Shown: positions 13,145 to 26,819, counted from the first letter of the stretch. The stretch: 64,000 nucleotides of DNA from Hemiscyllium ocellatum (GCF_020745735.1 NC_083401.1:162926018-162990017), one strand, 5' to 3'. Translations and numbers: made by a program. Notes: a model not told the origin generated them from the letters alone.

Positions 13145-15915
13145 TAATGCAATCACAGAGACTTGGTTGAAGGAAGAGCATGATGATTGGCAACTAAATG
13201 TTCCAGGATATAGATGCTTCAGACAGGACAGGGAGGGAAGTAAAAGGTGGGGTGGTGTTGCATTGCTCGTCAAGGACAATGTCACGGCTGTGCTAAAGGA
13301 GGACACTGTGGAGGTCTTGGAGGCATTATGGATGGAGCTGAGAAATAAGCAGGGTGCAGTTACATTGTTGGGGCTGTATTACAGATCTCCCAACAGGGAT
13401 CGTGAGGTAGAACAGATTATGGAAAGATTTAGAGGCAGCAGGGTAGTGGTGATGGGAGATTTTAATTTTCCCAACATTGATTGGGAAACACTTAGCTTCA
13501 GAGGTCTGGAGAGGGTAGAATTTGTAAGAAGTGTCCAGGAGAGTTTTCTAGAGCAGTATGTCACTAGTCCGATGAGGGAAGGAGCCATATTGGACCTGGT
13601 ATTGGGGAACAAGCCAGGACACGTGGTAGAAGTTGCGGTGGGGGATTTCTTTGGGAACAGTGAGCACAATTCTGTAAGTTTTAGAATACTCATAGACAAA
13701 GATGAGAGTGGTCCTAAGGGAAGAGTACTAAACCGGCCCAATGCCAATTATATCAAAATTAGGCAGGAGCTCGGAAATGTGGATTGGACACAGCTATTTG
13801 AAGGGAAGTCCACATTTGATACGTGGGAGGCTTTCAAAGATAGGTTAAAGATAGTGCAGGATAGGCATGTCCCGTTGAAGGCAAAGGATAGGAAGGGCAA
13901 GATTCGTGAACCGTGGGTGACAGGAGAAATTGTACGACTAGCCAAGAGGAAAAGGGAAGCGTACAGAAGGTCCAGGCGGCTAAGAACAGAACGGGCCCTG
14001 GAGGAATATCGGAAGAGTAGGACAAGTCTTAAATGAGGAATCAAGTGGGCTAAAAGGGGTCATGAAATAGCTTTAGCAAGCAGAATTAAGGAGACTCCCA
14101 AAGCATTTTATTTTTATATAAGAAGCAAGCAGGGAATTAGAGAAAGGATTGGTCCACTAAAGGATAACTAAGGAAGGCTGTGTGTCAAACCTGAGATTGG
14201 GTGAGATTCTGAATGATTACTTTGCATCAGTATTCACTGAGGAGAGGAACATGATGAATGTTGAAATTAGAGATAGAAGTTTGATTAGTCTGGATCACAT
14301 TGGCATAAGTAGGGAAGGTGTGTTTGGTAGGCTATAGGTTATTAAGGTGGACAAATCCCCAGGACTGGATGGGACCTATCCCAAGTTGCTGAGGGAGGCG
14401 AGAGAGGAAATAGCTGGGGCCCTGACAGATATCTTTGTGGCATCCTTAAATACAGGTGAGGTGCCGGAGGGCTGGAGGGTTGCTCATGTTGTCCTCCTGT
14501 ACAAGAAGGGCAGTAGGGATATTCTGGGTAACTACAGACCACTGAGCCTGACGTTGGCGGTGGGGAAGTTGCTGGAGAGGGTACTGAGGGATGGGATCTA
14601 TTTATATTTAGAAAAGAATGGGCTTATCAGTGATAGACAACATGGTTTTGTGCAGGCGAGATCGTGCTTTACTAACTTAGTAGAGTTCTTCGAGGTAGTG
14701 ACCAAGTTGATAGATGAAGGAAGGGCTGTTGATGTTATATACATGGACTTTAGTAAGGCATTTGATAAGGTTCCCCATTGTAGACTAATGGAGAAAGTGA
14801 AGTCACATGGTGTGCGGGTGTTCTAGCAGGTGGATAAAGAACTGGTTCAGCAACAGGAGACAGAGAGTTGAAGGGAGTTTCTCGAAATGGAGAAAGGTGA
14901 CCAGTGGCGTTCCACAGGGATCAGTGCTGGGGCCACTGTTGTTTGTGATATACATAAATGATCTGGAAGAGGGCATTGTTGGTATGATCAGCAAGTTTGC
15001 AGATGACACGAAGATTGGTGGAGTAGCAGAAAGCATAAGGGACTGTCAGAGAATACAGGAGGGTATAGATAGACTGGAGAGTTGGGCAGAAAAGTGGCAG
15101 ATGGAGTTCAATCCAGGTAATTGTGAGGTGATACATTTAGGCAAGACTAATTCTAGAGTGAATTATACAATGAACGGAAGAGCCTTGGGAAAGGTTGATG
15201 GGCACAGAGATCTGGGAGTGCAGGTCCATTGTACCCTGAAGGTTGCTGCACAGGTGGATAGAGTGGTCAAGAAGGCATATAGTATGCTTGCCTGCATTGG
15301 ATAGTGTATTGAGTATAAGAGCTGGCAAGTCATGTTAAAATTGTACAGGACGTTGGTTTGGCCGCATTTGGAATACTGTGTACAGTTCTGGTCGCTACAT
15401 TACCAAAAGGATGTGGACGCTTTGGAGAGGGTGCGGAGAAGGTTTACGAGGATGTTGCCTGGTATGGAAGGTGCTAGCTATGAAGAGAGATTGAGTAGGT
15501 TAGGTTTATTTTCATTAGAAAAAAGGAGATTGAGGGGGGACCTGATTGAGGTTTACAAAATCATAAAGGGTATAGACAGGGTGAATAGAGACAAGCTTTT
15601 TCCCAGGGTGAAGGATTCCATAACGAGAGGTCACACTTTCAAGGTGAGAGATGGAAAGTTTAAGGGGGATACACACGGCAAATACTTTACACAGAGGGTG
15701 GTGGGTGTCTGGATCGTGTTACCAGCAGAGGTGGTAGAGGCAGGCATGGTAGCTTCAGTTAAGATGCATCTGGACAGATGCATGAGTAGGTGGGGAGCAG
15801 AGGGATACAGATGCTTAGGAATTGACTGACAGATTTAGACAGTACATTTGGATTGGCTAAGGCTTGGAGGGCCGAAGGGCCTGTTGCTGGGCTGTAAAGT
15901 TTCTTTGTCCTTTGT
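13145..15915 (+). mobile_element. Long CR1 LINE ORF2 pseudogene (APE endonuclease and RT), 5'-truncated
   Basis: AITETWL, VVVMGDFNFP and GNSEHN (APE); YRPLSLT, DFSKAFDKVPH, SGVPQGSVLGP and KFADDTK (RT). Broken by stops and frameshifts; ends in a (ttctttg)-type tail. Confidence 0.96.
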
Positions 15916-16689
15916 TATTGATCACTCTTGGGACTTTTGCTGGGTGTTTTCAGCAGGGCACGTTCAGAGTTGTTACAGCCTTGTGCAATCCAACATTGTG
16001 AAGAAAAATTTGCGATAATATGCGACATCCCTCGCTTCAATATCTAATTAACACTTCAAATCACTGTACTAACTAATCTAGTTTGATTGCTGAGAAGGTA
16101 ACACTGAATTTCACATTGCACAACATGTGTGAGTTTATAAAATCAGTCCCAGCTCAGAAAGAATTAAATTTATGGCAACAAAGAAATCCAACCAAATGGA
16201 TTCTGGCTTTCGAGCCAGCAATCTCAAAGCACATTTATATTATTGACTTCAAATTTCTGCAATTCTGTTGCCAGAATAAAGCAACTCAATTATCAGTACA
16301 AATGTGAAATGTCAAAGCACAGATGCTAGGTTCCTGAATAATTGTCACTTTTCTTTTTACAGAAGCACCTTTAGGATTATCCAGGTGTCCTGTTCTTCAG
16401 AAGGAGAATTTAAACAGGATCTGTGAGACAGTACTTAGGATGTGTAGATCTATGTATTCTGCAGTGACTAAAAAAATGATACAGAGCTTTCATTTTCTGA
16501 TTATCGCTCATTATCCAAAAGTGAATAAATTTAAAATTCAGCAGCAATAAATAACGTCCATCTATTTATACTTTTCCAGTAGCTTCATATTTAATATTTT
16601 TTGTTTCCTTCTGTTGAAGTGTTTTGGATACCTGCATTGTTTTTAAACAGGTAAATAAAAGAGCGGTGATATACGCTCAGGCGATGATA

Positions 16690-17011
16690 GGGCGGCACGG
16701 TGGCACAGCAGGGCGGCACGGTGGCACAGTGGTTAGCACTGCTGCCTCACAGCGCCAGGGATCTGGGTTCAATTCCCACCTCAGGCGACTGACTGTGTGG
16801 AGTTTGCACGTTCTCCCCGTGTCTGCGTGGGTTTCCTCCCACAGTCCAAAAATGTGCGGGTCAGGTGAATTGGCCATGCTAAAATTGCCCATAGTGTTAG
16901 GTAAGGGGTATATGTAGGGGTAGGGGTATGGGTGGGTTGCGCTTCGGTGGGTCGGTGTGGACTTGTTGGGCCGAAGGGCCTGTTTCCACACTGTAAGTAA
17001 TCTAATCTAAT
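16690..17011 (+). mobile_element. HE1-type V-SINE with a duplicated 5' head
   Basis: gggcggcacggtggcacag occurs twice (16690 and 16711), followed by the full SINE body and (aatct)n tail. Confidence 0.93.
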
Positions 17012-17832
17012 ACTTTTAACAAGGCAGTTATTTTGCTTTTAAGATGCTAAGAATGGAGAAACAAAAGTTTGTGGTGGAAGGGTTTGAGATACTGGTGTTG
17101 ATTCCTGTGAAAAACTGCCATGATCTCATGTGTAGCTTTAAGGAGAGTTCAAAAACAATCTTTGTGAACACGGACAAAGCAGCAGAAACCAGCCCTTTAC
17201 TGGATGCTTGTTTCTTGGTGAAATCCCAGCTCATTGTTGTGATTTCCATTGCAGTAGAGAAGAAACAAGAGATATTACAGAGCATTTTAAAATGAAGGAA
17301 TTTGACAGAACATATCGGACATGAGGAGTTTCTTTTTGTTTTGAGTTAGTGACGAGGGAGTCATCAATTTAAAATCCTCACTAAGGAAAGAAGTGAGGAG
17401 ACATTTCTTTACACAAAGGATTAGTGAGCATGGAATGTCAAGGTAGAGGGATGAGACTCTTACTTGCTTTTATAAAAAAATCAGAAAAAGATATGAAGTG
17501 GAGGACCGCCACTAGGGGAGAGCAAACGAGGGATTATCGTCATAGCTGCTACAGACATGATGGGCTAAATGTTTTCATTTTGTGTTGTAATTTCTATGAT
17601 TAGCGTTCTTCAACTTGCGTGTAATCATGTTAATTTTAATGCAGGAATGCTGTCAGAGGATCAGCAGTTTGAAGAAGGTGGCCTAGTTTTACAGCATTTA
17701 TGGTCCTTTCAATCTAGAGATGTATAGTCAAATATTGTTAAAGCTTCAAGCTCAGCCAGTTTTGTGATTTTAAAAAAATCACTAGCAAGTGCCAAGTCTC
17801 GGCATCATTTATATGGCTTGGGTTCTGAACTG

Positions 17833-18480
17833 AGTCATAGAGATGTACAGCATGGAAATAGACCCTTCGGTCCAACCCGTCCATGCCGACCAGATATCCC
17901 AACCCAATCTAGTCCAACCTGCCAGTACCCGGCCCATATCCCTCGAAACCTTCCCATTCATATACCCATCCAAATGCCTCTTAAACATTGCAATTGTACC
18001 AGCCTAGGGAGAGACTGAACTGGCTGGGGCTGTTTTCCCTGGAGCATTGGTGACCTTATGGAGGTTTACAAAATTATGAGGGGCATGGATAGGATAAATA
18101 GGCAAAGTCTTTTCCCTGGGGTCGGGGAGTCCAGAACTAGAGGTCATAGGTTAAGGGTGAGAGGGGAAAGATATAAAAGAGACCTAAGGGGCAACTTTTT
18201 CACTTAGAGGGTGGTACATGTATGGAATGAGCTGCCAGAGGAAGTGGTGGAGGCTGGTACAATTGCAACATTTAAGAGGCATTTGGATGGGTATATGAAT
18301 AGGAAGGGTTTGGAGGGATATGGGCTGGGCACTGGCAGGTGGGACTAGATTGGGTTGGGATATCTGTCGGCATGGACAGGTTGGACCAAAGGGTCTGTTT
18401 CCGTGCTGTACATCTCTATGACTCCACCACTTCCTCTGGCAGCTCGTTCCATACACGTACCACCCTCTGTGTGAAAAAGT
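17833..18480. mobile_element. Composite CR1 3' ends: minus copy (17833-18005 plus 18423-18480) split by a plus copy (18006-18422)
   Basis: tgtaccagcct|ccaccacttcc is contiguous in the family consensus but is separated here by a + strand 3' fragment of the same family. Confidence 0.88.
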
Positions 18481-19431
18481 CGTGTTTCTGGGCTTTAAAG
18501 AGTTCTGCAGTTTATTTCCGTGAAAGGATTTTACCTGGAAATGTGATTAATTTCTAAACTCTGGGTGAACTGTAAATTTTAAAATACTGTTAATAAAAGC
18601 ATCAGGATGTGAATTTTCAAGTTGTTTAATTTACCTATAACAGTGTCTTCTCATTTGTCAATGTTGGGAAGTGGAGTGGAATGCCTCTTACTTAGTCATA
18701 GTGACAGTGCTTTTTTTGGAAGAATGTTATCTGCCAGGAAAGTATTGAAGGTTGTCTGCTTTACATTAGAGAAGTGCTGAACCTGAAATTTCCAAAGGGA
18801 AGTGCTACTTACTGTAGACCCAGAACCAATTTATAAAACGGAGTCAAAACATACTGCCTCTCAAAATGGTTCTCAATTTCTCTACAGAAAAGGAAGACCT
18901 GCAATTTGGAGGGTGTCCACACCGTCTCTGTTAACAGCATTTGATTTCTCCGTCCTCCTTTTGAGATGGTCCTGCATTCTATAGCACGCCATCAGTGAAT
19001 TTGAAAGCAAGGGTCTCATAAAATAAAGTGGCTGTCCTTCCCATTCGCCCTTTCTGTCTTCAAATTACAGTGGATAGGTCAGGCACTTGGAAGCCTAACT
19101 GGGCTGACTGAGGGTCTTGAGTGACCAATTAATGGCCAGTTAAGAGCTTCATTGCACCTGTGCTGATGTACTACAGGTAACAAGGCAAGAACGCGTCCTT
19201 CCTCCTGCCTTGCAAAGATCGTGTCAGAAAGCTAAGGGGCCTCCTCAGAAAACTAAGTGAGAAGGGAAGAGAGTCTTCTTCTGGAGCTCCTGCTAACCTT
19301 TTCTTTAGTCCTCGCTCACCTCACCAATCTCCCCCACCTTGTCGAACCCCGTTTCCCCATCCATTCGTCCACTCACTTGGATCTTCCTGCCAGGCCTATC
19401 CAAAAAAGTGGGCTTACGTTGGAGTCCGGTC

Positions 19432-19520
19432 AAGAGTGTGGTGCTGGAAAAGCACAGCAGGTCAAGCAGCATCCGAGGAGCAGGAGAAATGACGTTTTGG
19501 GCATAAGCCCTTCATCAGGA
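19432..19520 (-). mobile_element. Solo Penelope family A terminus with mutated hammerhead (GAAA to AAAA)
   Basis: The reverse complement reads tcCTGATGAagggcttatgcccAAAACGTC...gctgtgcttttccagcaccacac. Confidence 0.8.
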
Positions 19521-21223
19521 CTGACTTTCTATTTGGAGTCAGGGTCCATCACTGTTCCCCATGCACTCATGAACATTTATTCCTTAAACAAACCACTTGT
19601 AAAATAAAAAAGCAGGTTATTTGGTTACACTGCTCTTTGTGAGCTTGGTGTGTGCCTATTATCCACACAGTGTTTCCTACATTACCACACTGACTGCACT
19701 TCCATAGACAATGTAAAGTGAAGATCATTTTTCCTTCTTTTACAAGCGACGGTACACTGCACTATGACATAAATAAGATGTGGCATGACGACTTTCCAAC
19801 AGATAATTTTCATGAAGGCAATCCATTGCAGTGGAGTTTAGATTTATTAGTTTCTCTCCCACACTGGCAGCAGTGATCACAACAACCTTTCCATCTCTGG
19901 TTTGCTGAGATTGCAATGTGGATTTGCTGCCATTTTTGTGGTATTTAGAGATACAAGGTGGGTTAAATGAAGTAACTCTTTCACTGCTCATTCCAGACCC
20001 ATGTTTTTCCCAGTGCTCCCAACTACATTAACCTATCTCTCCAGTGAACATGACACTCCTAATCCCATTATGTGTCATTATTTCAGACTCAGTGCTCCTC
20101 ATTTCTGAACCCCAGGATCATCCTTCCAAAGTTACATGTGTTCACCCAGGTCCCACTGTTGCTATTCAAGGTTTTTAACTATCTATCACCTTCCTACTTG
20201 AAGATTTCCTCTGCAGAGTTGGTTTTTTAAAAAAAATTGAAGAGATAAAAACTAACTGCATTGTTAACAAAACGAAAGTGTATTTAAGGCCACTGATTTT
20301 AAATTTCAATATAAATGCACCCATGATCATTGAGGTTGAACCTGAAAATATGATTAATTCTCCTATAGTGGTCTAGAGCAGCATTAGTTTCTTAAAACAC
20401 TGTGTATTTCGGAGCATAAATAAATATCCTTTGAGTAACCATGCATAGCATATGGATAGATCCATTTTGCTTCAACAAAATACAGTGGAATGAAAGCATC
20501 TTTTTTTTTGAGTTTGAATTTTGAATGGACAGCCTATTCAAAATTTTCCAATACCTGTGTCCTGCAAGACGGACTGTGTTACAATCAGACGGGGATTGCT
20601 CGTTGGTTCAACAAAATCCCGCGGTCTCAGTACCTATTTGCAATTTTTAATGTCTTTCAATTCAGTTTAAATCACCTTTATCATTTTAAAATAAAAACAG
20701 AAATGTCAACATTTTGAACATAAGATAAATTGTTAGGATTTATTAGGCCACCTCTGATGATGATGTATTATGGTTAGTCATACAAAAAAAAACTATTAAT
20801 GCGAGGCAAGGAAACTGTCAAGTAACAGTGAGATATACAAACCAAGGACAAAAATCATTGAAGTTGTGTAAGATAATCAGCAAAATTGATGGAAGAATTG
20901 ATGTCTATTTTCAGCCTGTAAGCTAGGAGGAAGCTGATCTCATGCCCACGAGATAAATACTAATGTCAATACTAATGACTTTGTCTTTACCATAAATATC
21001 CTTATTTACATCCTTATTTTAGTGCTCAAAAAAACTCACTGTTTTGATCAACAAGTGAAGAAATATTTCATGGAACTATGGTCTCTGTGCTCCTATATGC
21101 TTTGGGCAGCAGATACCTCAAAGCACTGGAAGACAGTATCACCAAAATTCCTTTGCAGAATCCTCCAACTTTACTGCCAAGGAAGATAGTGCTACAGTAG
21201 CATCCTCTCCCCGACAGGTTGTA

Positions 21224-21320
21224 CCTCATTCCTGATGAAGGGCTTTTGCCCAAAGCATTGATTTTCCTGCTCCTCGGATGCTGCCTGACCTGCTGTGCTT
21301 TTCTAGCACCACTCTAATCT
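21224..21320 (+). mobile_element. Solo Penelope family A terminus with decayed hammerhead
   Basis: cattcCTGATGAagggcttttgcccaaagcattgattttcctgctcctcggatgctgcc... Confidence 0.8.
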
Positions 21321-23664
21321 TGTTACAAAATCAAGGCACTAACCAGTCAATGCCATTGTGCTGGCTGGAAAAGGTGGTTTGTATTCTAAATGCCCAAAGC
21401 AAATCTTACTCAGAACAAATCACAGCAGGGGTGTTCCCCAGAGGACAGCAGAAATGCTTAACGGAGGTCTTCAAAGCACTCCTTGTTTTATAAGGGCTCA
21501 CTGAAATCACCAGATAATGTCTGCCCATCAGGATATAACAGCTGTTCCTGGGAGGAACCAGGTGATTCCCCAGTTGTTTGTCATGTTAACAGAAAGTAGC
21601 TAAAGTCGCAATGTGAACTTTCTGTTAAGTTTGATGTCCCACAAGACAAGAAACCTAGTTACTGTTCACAAGATTAAGCCATCTTCTGTGAACATCCTTC
21701 CTGCATAGTATCAGTAGCTTAGAGTAATACCAATGAGAAAGATTGGTGACTGTGAATCTGTCCAAGATGTCCTCCATCAAAGCCAAACATTGGAACTGCT
21801 GGAAGAGTTCTAATATGATTGCCAACTCAGGTGAGACCCCTGGCTTGTGACCAAGCAAGCCTTGTATATGGGAGGGTACATGCACGTTGAGAGACTTCAT
21901 CCAGAAGCAAAAGTGGAGATATTGGAGGGAATCTCAGAAACCTTCAGCGAGCTCATCTATCCAGCCCTTGAAGTAGCACTTGTCCTGCAGGTTGTGGAGT
22001 TTGCAGATTTGTGTATTGGAAGTGTCAACCATCTGAGAATTCTTTGAAGCCACCAATAATATCCACGTGCACCATTGGCAAAGATTCCAAAACCAAACGC
22101 CACGTTAGAATGCACTAGTCACAGTGGATTCTCATTGCTCTCAAGGCTCATGTGACAATTCACAACCAGAGGAAACTGTAGGAACGAAGTATAACCTTAT
22201 TCTACCATTATTCATTAGTGATCATGGATTGGTGCGGAAATAACCTTTTTATCAGTTTTTTTTTCAACACGTCAGGATATCCCAAAGCTTATCACCATCC
22301 TTTTAGCTTTTAATTTCAGACATCCACTAATTGATTTTACATTTCACTGTCTGCTATGGTGGGATTTGAGGCCATGGGACGTTTTGGTCAAGTGATTATA
22401 CCATTATGCTACTGCCTCACCCTCCATCACTGCTACAGTGTGTAGAAGCTATAAGCCGTCCTGCAACAACTCTCCAAAGCTCCTGCAATAGCATCTTCCA
22501 AGCCCAACCCTTTACCACCCAGAAGGACAAGGCCATCTGATACATGGGGGCACCATATACTGGATGTTCCTCTCCAAGACAGCTTATGACCACTTTTTCA
22601 GAGGCACTTAGGAATAGGGAATAAATGCGAGCCTAGCCAAACAATGCTCACATCCTATGAATGAATAAAGAGGGGACTTTTATAAAGACAGGCACTGGTG
22701 TAACTCAGGTACCAGTAACAGCTCACAATAAAATTACATCTCCAATAGAGCAGTCCAAAATAAGATATTGAAATTGGTGAAAATGTCAGTATCCAAATAA
22801 TTCATTTACCAGTTTCACTTCCCATCTTTTGAAGGCTCTGATTTATTCTGAGGTACTTGACACTGGTCTGCCCTATGCTTTCTAACTTAAATGACCATGC
22901 TTTGTGTGGGTCTAGACAACCTTTTTAAAGATTTATGTTTTCCGTCTTGTTCTCTGTAGCTTTTTCAGCCATTTTACTGAAATGAATAGGAAGTTTCAGT
23001 GAAGTTGATTAAAGGAGTAAATGTATGCTTTTAACTCAATGATTTGCAACTTCATACAGGCTATCAATCCATCAAAGTGTAACCCCTCTTGAACTCTTTT
23101 CTTTGACAGTAGCTGTCTTAGAACTTGCCATAAGAGTGTCCAGTACTTGGCTGGCAAAGCAGCCCATTGAAACCCCTCCTTTTATTTCGAATCAATCTGG
23201 TCATAGGGCTGCAACAGGTGGCACTTAAACATTGGTCTCCTGACTCTTATTATTGCACCAGCGCACTGTGAAAACTCTCCTCTTTAATTATTAAGTGATA
23301 ATTCCACTGCGCTTATTGTAACGAAGTGATCAATTCTATTATTAATTGTATCTCTCATTACTGATGTCACTTCTCCACTTATCTTCAGCAAGAATACTAC
23401 AGACTACATGTAGAGTCATGCAGCATGAAAACAGAGCCATTGGTCCAACTCATCTGTGCCAAGCACACATCCCAATCTGACCTCGTCCTATTTGCCAGCA
23501 TGTGGGCTATAACTCTAAATCCTTCCTAGTTAGGAAGAAACAAAAGAGAAGTGATCATAAAAATATTGAGCTAAGTAGGGACGTAATTGAGCTTAAACTT
23601 CTCAGTCATACTGCCCGGACACAGCTCCCAATTATTGCCCTGACTATACAATAGATATTCATGG

Positions 23665-23910
23665 CCTCTTGTGGCATAATAGTAGTGCCCCTCCCTCTCA
23701 GCCAGGAGGCCCAAGATCAAATTCCACCTGCTCCAGAGGAGTGTAATAACATTACTGAGCAGATTGATTAGAAAATATCGACAGTAGATATTCTTGGGCT
23801 TCCCTAGTGCAACGTTAATGTCCCTGCCTCTGGGCCAGGAGACCTGGTTCAAGCCCCACTTGCTTCTGAGGTGCATTGTGCCATCTCTGAACAGCTTATA
23901 AAGAAAATGC
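23665..23910 (+). repeat. Two tandem ~110-bp tRNA-like (SINE head) units
   Basis: Units at ~23670-23780 and ~23805-23910 share ..gt.cc.c.ctct..gccagga....g.tcaa..ccac.tgct...gagg...........a....ctga.cag.tt.....gaaaat; each has a degenerate B box. Confidence 0.5.
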
Positions 23911-24146
23911 AATCGATATTCTTGCATGATTGTCAGGACTCATGATTATTTGTATGTTTGTTTGCATGTGTTAGCTGAAGGAGCAGCTATGGATTAGTTC
24001 CAAAGCTAGTGCTGAATTGGGAAGAGCAGTTTTTTTTAAATTTATGCAGTCTATATTGGTTCAAACATGAAATTTTAAGCATACATAACAGATTATAGCA
24101 GTGAAAGTTTAAGGAAATTAGAGACAAAACAATCTACTGATTGACA

Positions 24147-24276
24147 GATTCATGATAAAGGGCTTATGCCCGAAACGTTGAATTTCCTGTTCCTTGGATG
24201 CTGCCTGACCTGCTGCGCTTTTCCAGCAACACATTTTCAGCTCTGATACTCCAGCATCTGCAGACCTCACTTTCTC
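24147..24276 (+). mobile_element. Solo Penelope family A terminus with 3' tail and 13-bp TSD
   Basis: ctactgattgaca at 24134-24146 and 24277-24289. Core mutated (catgataa); ends ...ccagcatctgcagacctcactttctc. Confidence 0.88.
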
Positions 24277-24620
24277 CTACTGATTGACACCCTTCTACCA
24301 CCTTAAATGTTCAATCCCTTTTGTACAAAGACTAATATATGGGTCAGCTACAAGGTGGACTGCAGCAAAACATCAAACCTGCTATGCCTGCACCTCCCAA
24401 AACCATGATTCCAGAAAAGCAAAGGTAGGGATGCTTGAGACTTGTATCGTCTTTAAGCTTCCATCAAGTCTCACACTATGCTAACTTGGAATTATATGGC
24501 TGTTCCTTCACTGTCACAGGATCTGAATCTTCCCCATCAGTGCTGTGGGTCTGCCCTTATTTAAAAAGGCAGTTCCCAATACATCAGCTTCTCAAGTTAG
24601 GGATGGGTAACAGCTCGGTA

Positions 24621-24766
24621 AAAACAAGGACTGCAGATGCTGGAAACCAGAGTCTAGATCAGAGTGGTGCTGGAAAAGCACAGCAGTTCAGGCAGCATCT
24701 GAGGAGCAGGAAAATCGATGTTTCGGGCAAAAGCCCTTCATCAGGAATAGAGGCAGGGAGTCTGCA
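24621..24766 (-). mobile_element. Penelope family A terminus with hammerhead (AUC triplet), inserted in a CR1-group 3' end
   Basis: Reverse complement attcCTGATGAagggcttttgcccGAAACATC. Flanking near-duplication tgggtaacagct(c/g)ggtaa at 24604-24621 and 24799-24816. Confidence 0.82.
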
Positions 24767-25254
24767 GCAGCTGGCACCCTGCGTAACAGCTGGCACCCTG
24801 GGTAACAGCTGGGTAACTGCTGCTGACCGCGTCAACAATGCTCACAACCCATGAAAGAACAAAGACAAGAAAGGAATTTTGATTCCTGGGGCAGGGATTG
24901 GGATTTAAAAGAAGCACAGTCCCTGCACTCCTGTCTGAAACACTGGGGAGGACCCTACCCATCAACCAGACAGCTGTCCCAAGACAAGTTATCAATGGAA
25001 GTAACATTAATTGCTTTAAGGCAAGGCTCCCAATCCTTTCTCAGACTGACATCTATCTTTTGAAGCCTTCCTGCGCAGCTTTGGTCTCCTTCCTGCTTCA
25101 GGTAGTTAGCTATTTTATATAAAATCCCACTTTAAAACCAGCGTGTACTCAAATGACTGGACGTTTACGAGTTCTGGAATTCGGGATTTGAACTAGAACC
25201 TCAGCTTTTCACAATTGATGTTGAACTGGAGAGTAGTGTATCTTAATTTGCTCA

Positions 25255-25900
25255 CAGCACAAAGTTAGGTCGAATTGAGAGTAGTAGATAGAAACAGCCG
25301 GGGACAAAGGGACGCTGATATGTGGGCAGAACATTGGCAGATGAAGTTTAATGCAGAAACAGTGTGAAGTCATTTACTTCAAAGCCAAAAAAGATAGATC
25401 ACTGCATTTTTAAATGGTTAAAAAGCTAGAAACTGTGGTATAAGTTCTTAAGGGTCCAACTACAGAAACCATTAAAAGCTAGAGGACAATTACAAAAAAT
25501 ATTTTTAAAATGTTGGCTTTTATTTCAAGAGGACTAGAATACAAAGAAGTGAAAGTGATCTTATAGCTATATAAAACTCTGGCTAGATTCTAGTTAGAGT
25601 ACTGCTTTCCATTCTGGGCACTGTAACACAAGATTAATTTGGCTTTGAGGGAGTGTAAAAGTTCACCAGGAGGACACTATGGATAAAAGGATCAAATCAT
25701 GAGGACTGGTTACATAGAATTGGCTCATATTCCCTAGCATATAAAAGATGAAAAAGTAATTTTTATATGATATATTTAAGGTGACTAAAGGATTTGCTAA
25801 GATGGATAACCCTCTTGTGAGAAAGTTCTGAACAATGGGACATAACCTGAAAATTAGAGTGAGTTCCGGTGTTTCTTTCTGGGAAATATTCGTGCAATCT
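25255..25900 (+). mobile_element. Degenerate CR1 RT C-terminal fragment
   Basis: WQMKFNAE-like sequence at ~25335 and LYKTLARF.LEYC..FW at ~25567-25617. Confidence 0.7.
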
Positions 25901-26631
25901 TTCAAACAATAGCTAATGATGGATAAGAGCTCAGCAGGAATAGCAGCAATAACTGAGTTTTCTCAAGTGAGTCAAGCAATTTGAATTTATAAAAGGCATA
26001 TGAAAACTCAAGGGGATGTAATGCAAAAGAAACCAACTGAAGAGTGAACACAGAGTGCAAACCTCTGTCAGAATTTGCTAACCCAACATTACTACAACTA
26101 TGCAACTCTTCCTTAAGGAACTGTACCAACAAAGTTGCAGAAGACATTTTTATAAAGTGTGTCCATCCTTACAGAATAGACTCAAGGCTCCAATCCACAT
26201 CCTACACTCTGCTCTGAAACCTCTGCACACGTTGTGACAGCTGTGGCCAATGTTGCTACAGTAGCAGAATCCACAACATTGTAAAGCAAGTTAAAACAGC
26301 TGTGTCACTGCCAGTTCTCCATTGGAACAATTATTTATTGCCATTTGACTGTTCTCCTGATAGCTGTACACAATGTTATTTTATAGATAGCTGTCCTCTT
26401 GAATGCCTCAATTGCACATTTCTACATCATGCTGTCAGGCAATGCATTCCAAATCTTAACCTGTTGCTGCACAAAAATGTTTTTCTTCATTTCAGGTCAA
26501 CACCCTTTCATCAGAGCTCACGCATAGTCATTGACTTGAAAGGTTAGCACTGTTCCTCTGTCCATAGGTGCTTCCTAACCTGCTGTGTATTTCCGGCAGT
26601 TCTGGTTTCCTTTTGGACTATAAAATTCCAT

Positions 26632-26819
26632 GGGGAGGTTTGACTTTGGCAAAGGCACTATATGCGCAGTGACAGAGCAGCCATTTATTATGGGTCTGTC
26701 CAATTCTCATTTCCATTGACGTCAAGAGATATAAATATCAGGGGAAATAGAATGGATGGCAGACCTAATCGTATCCATTATAGACACCTTGCACTATTGT
26801 CCAAGGTCAAAATATCCCC
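26632..26819. mobile_element. Tourist-like (PIF/Harbinger) MITE
   Basis: Terminal inverted repeats ggggaggtttgactttgg / ccaaggtcaaaatatcccc, a 3-bp CAT duplication on both sides, and a central ttgacgtcaa palindrome. Confidence 0.65.

Noticed and set aside
13095-15829. Long ORFs (313, 159, 165 and 165 aa) as a functional RT/endonuclease gene
   Set aside because: They are consecutive pieces of one 5'-truncated CR1 ORF2 broken by stops and frameshifts; not a host gene or an active element.
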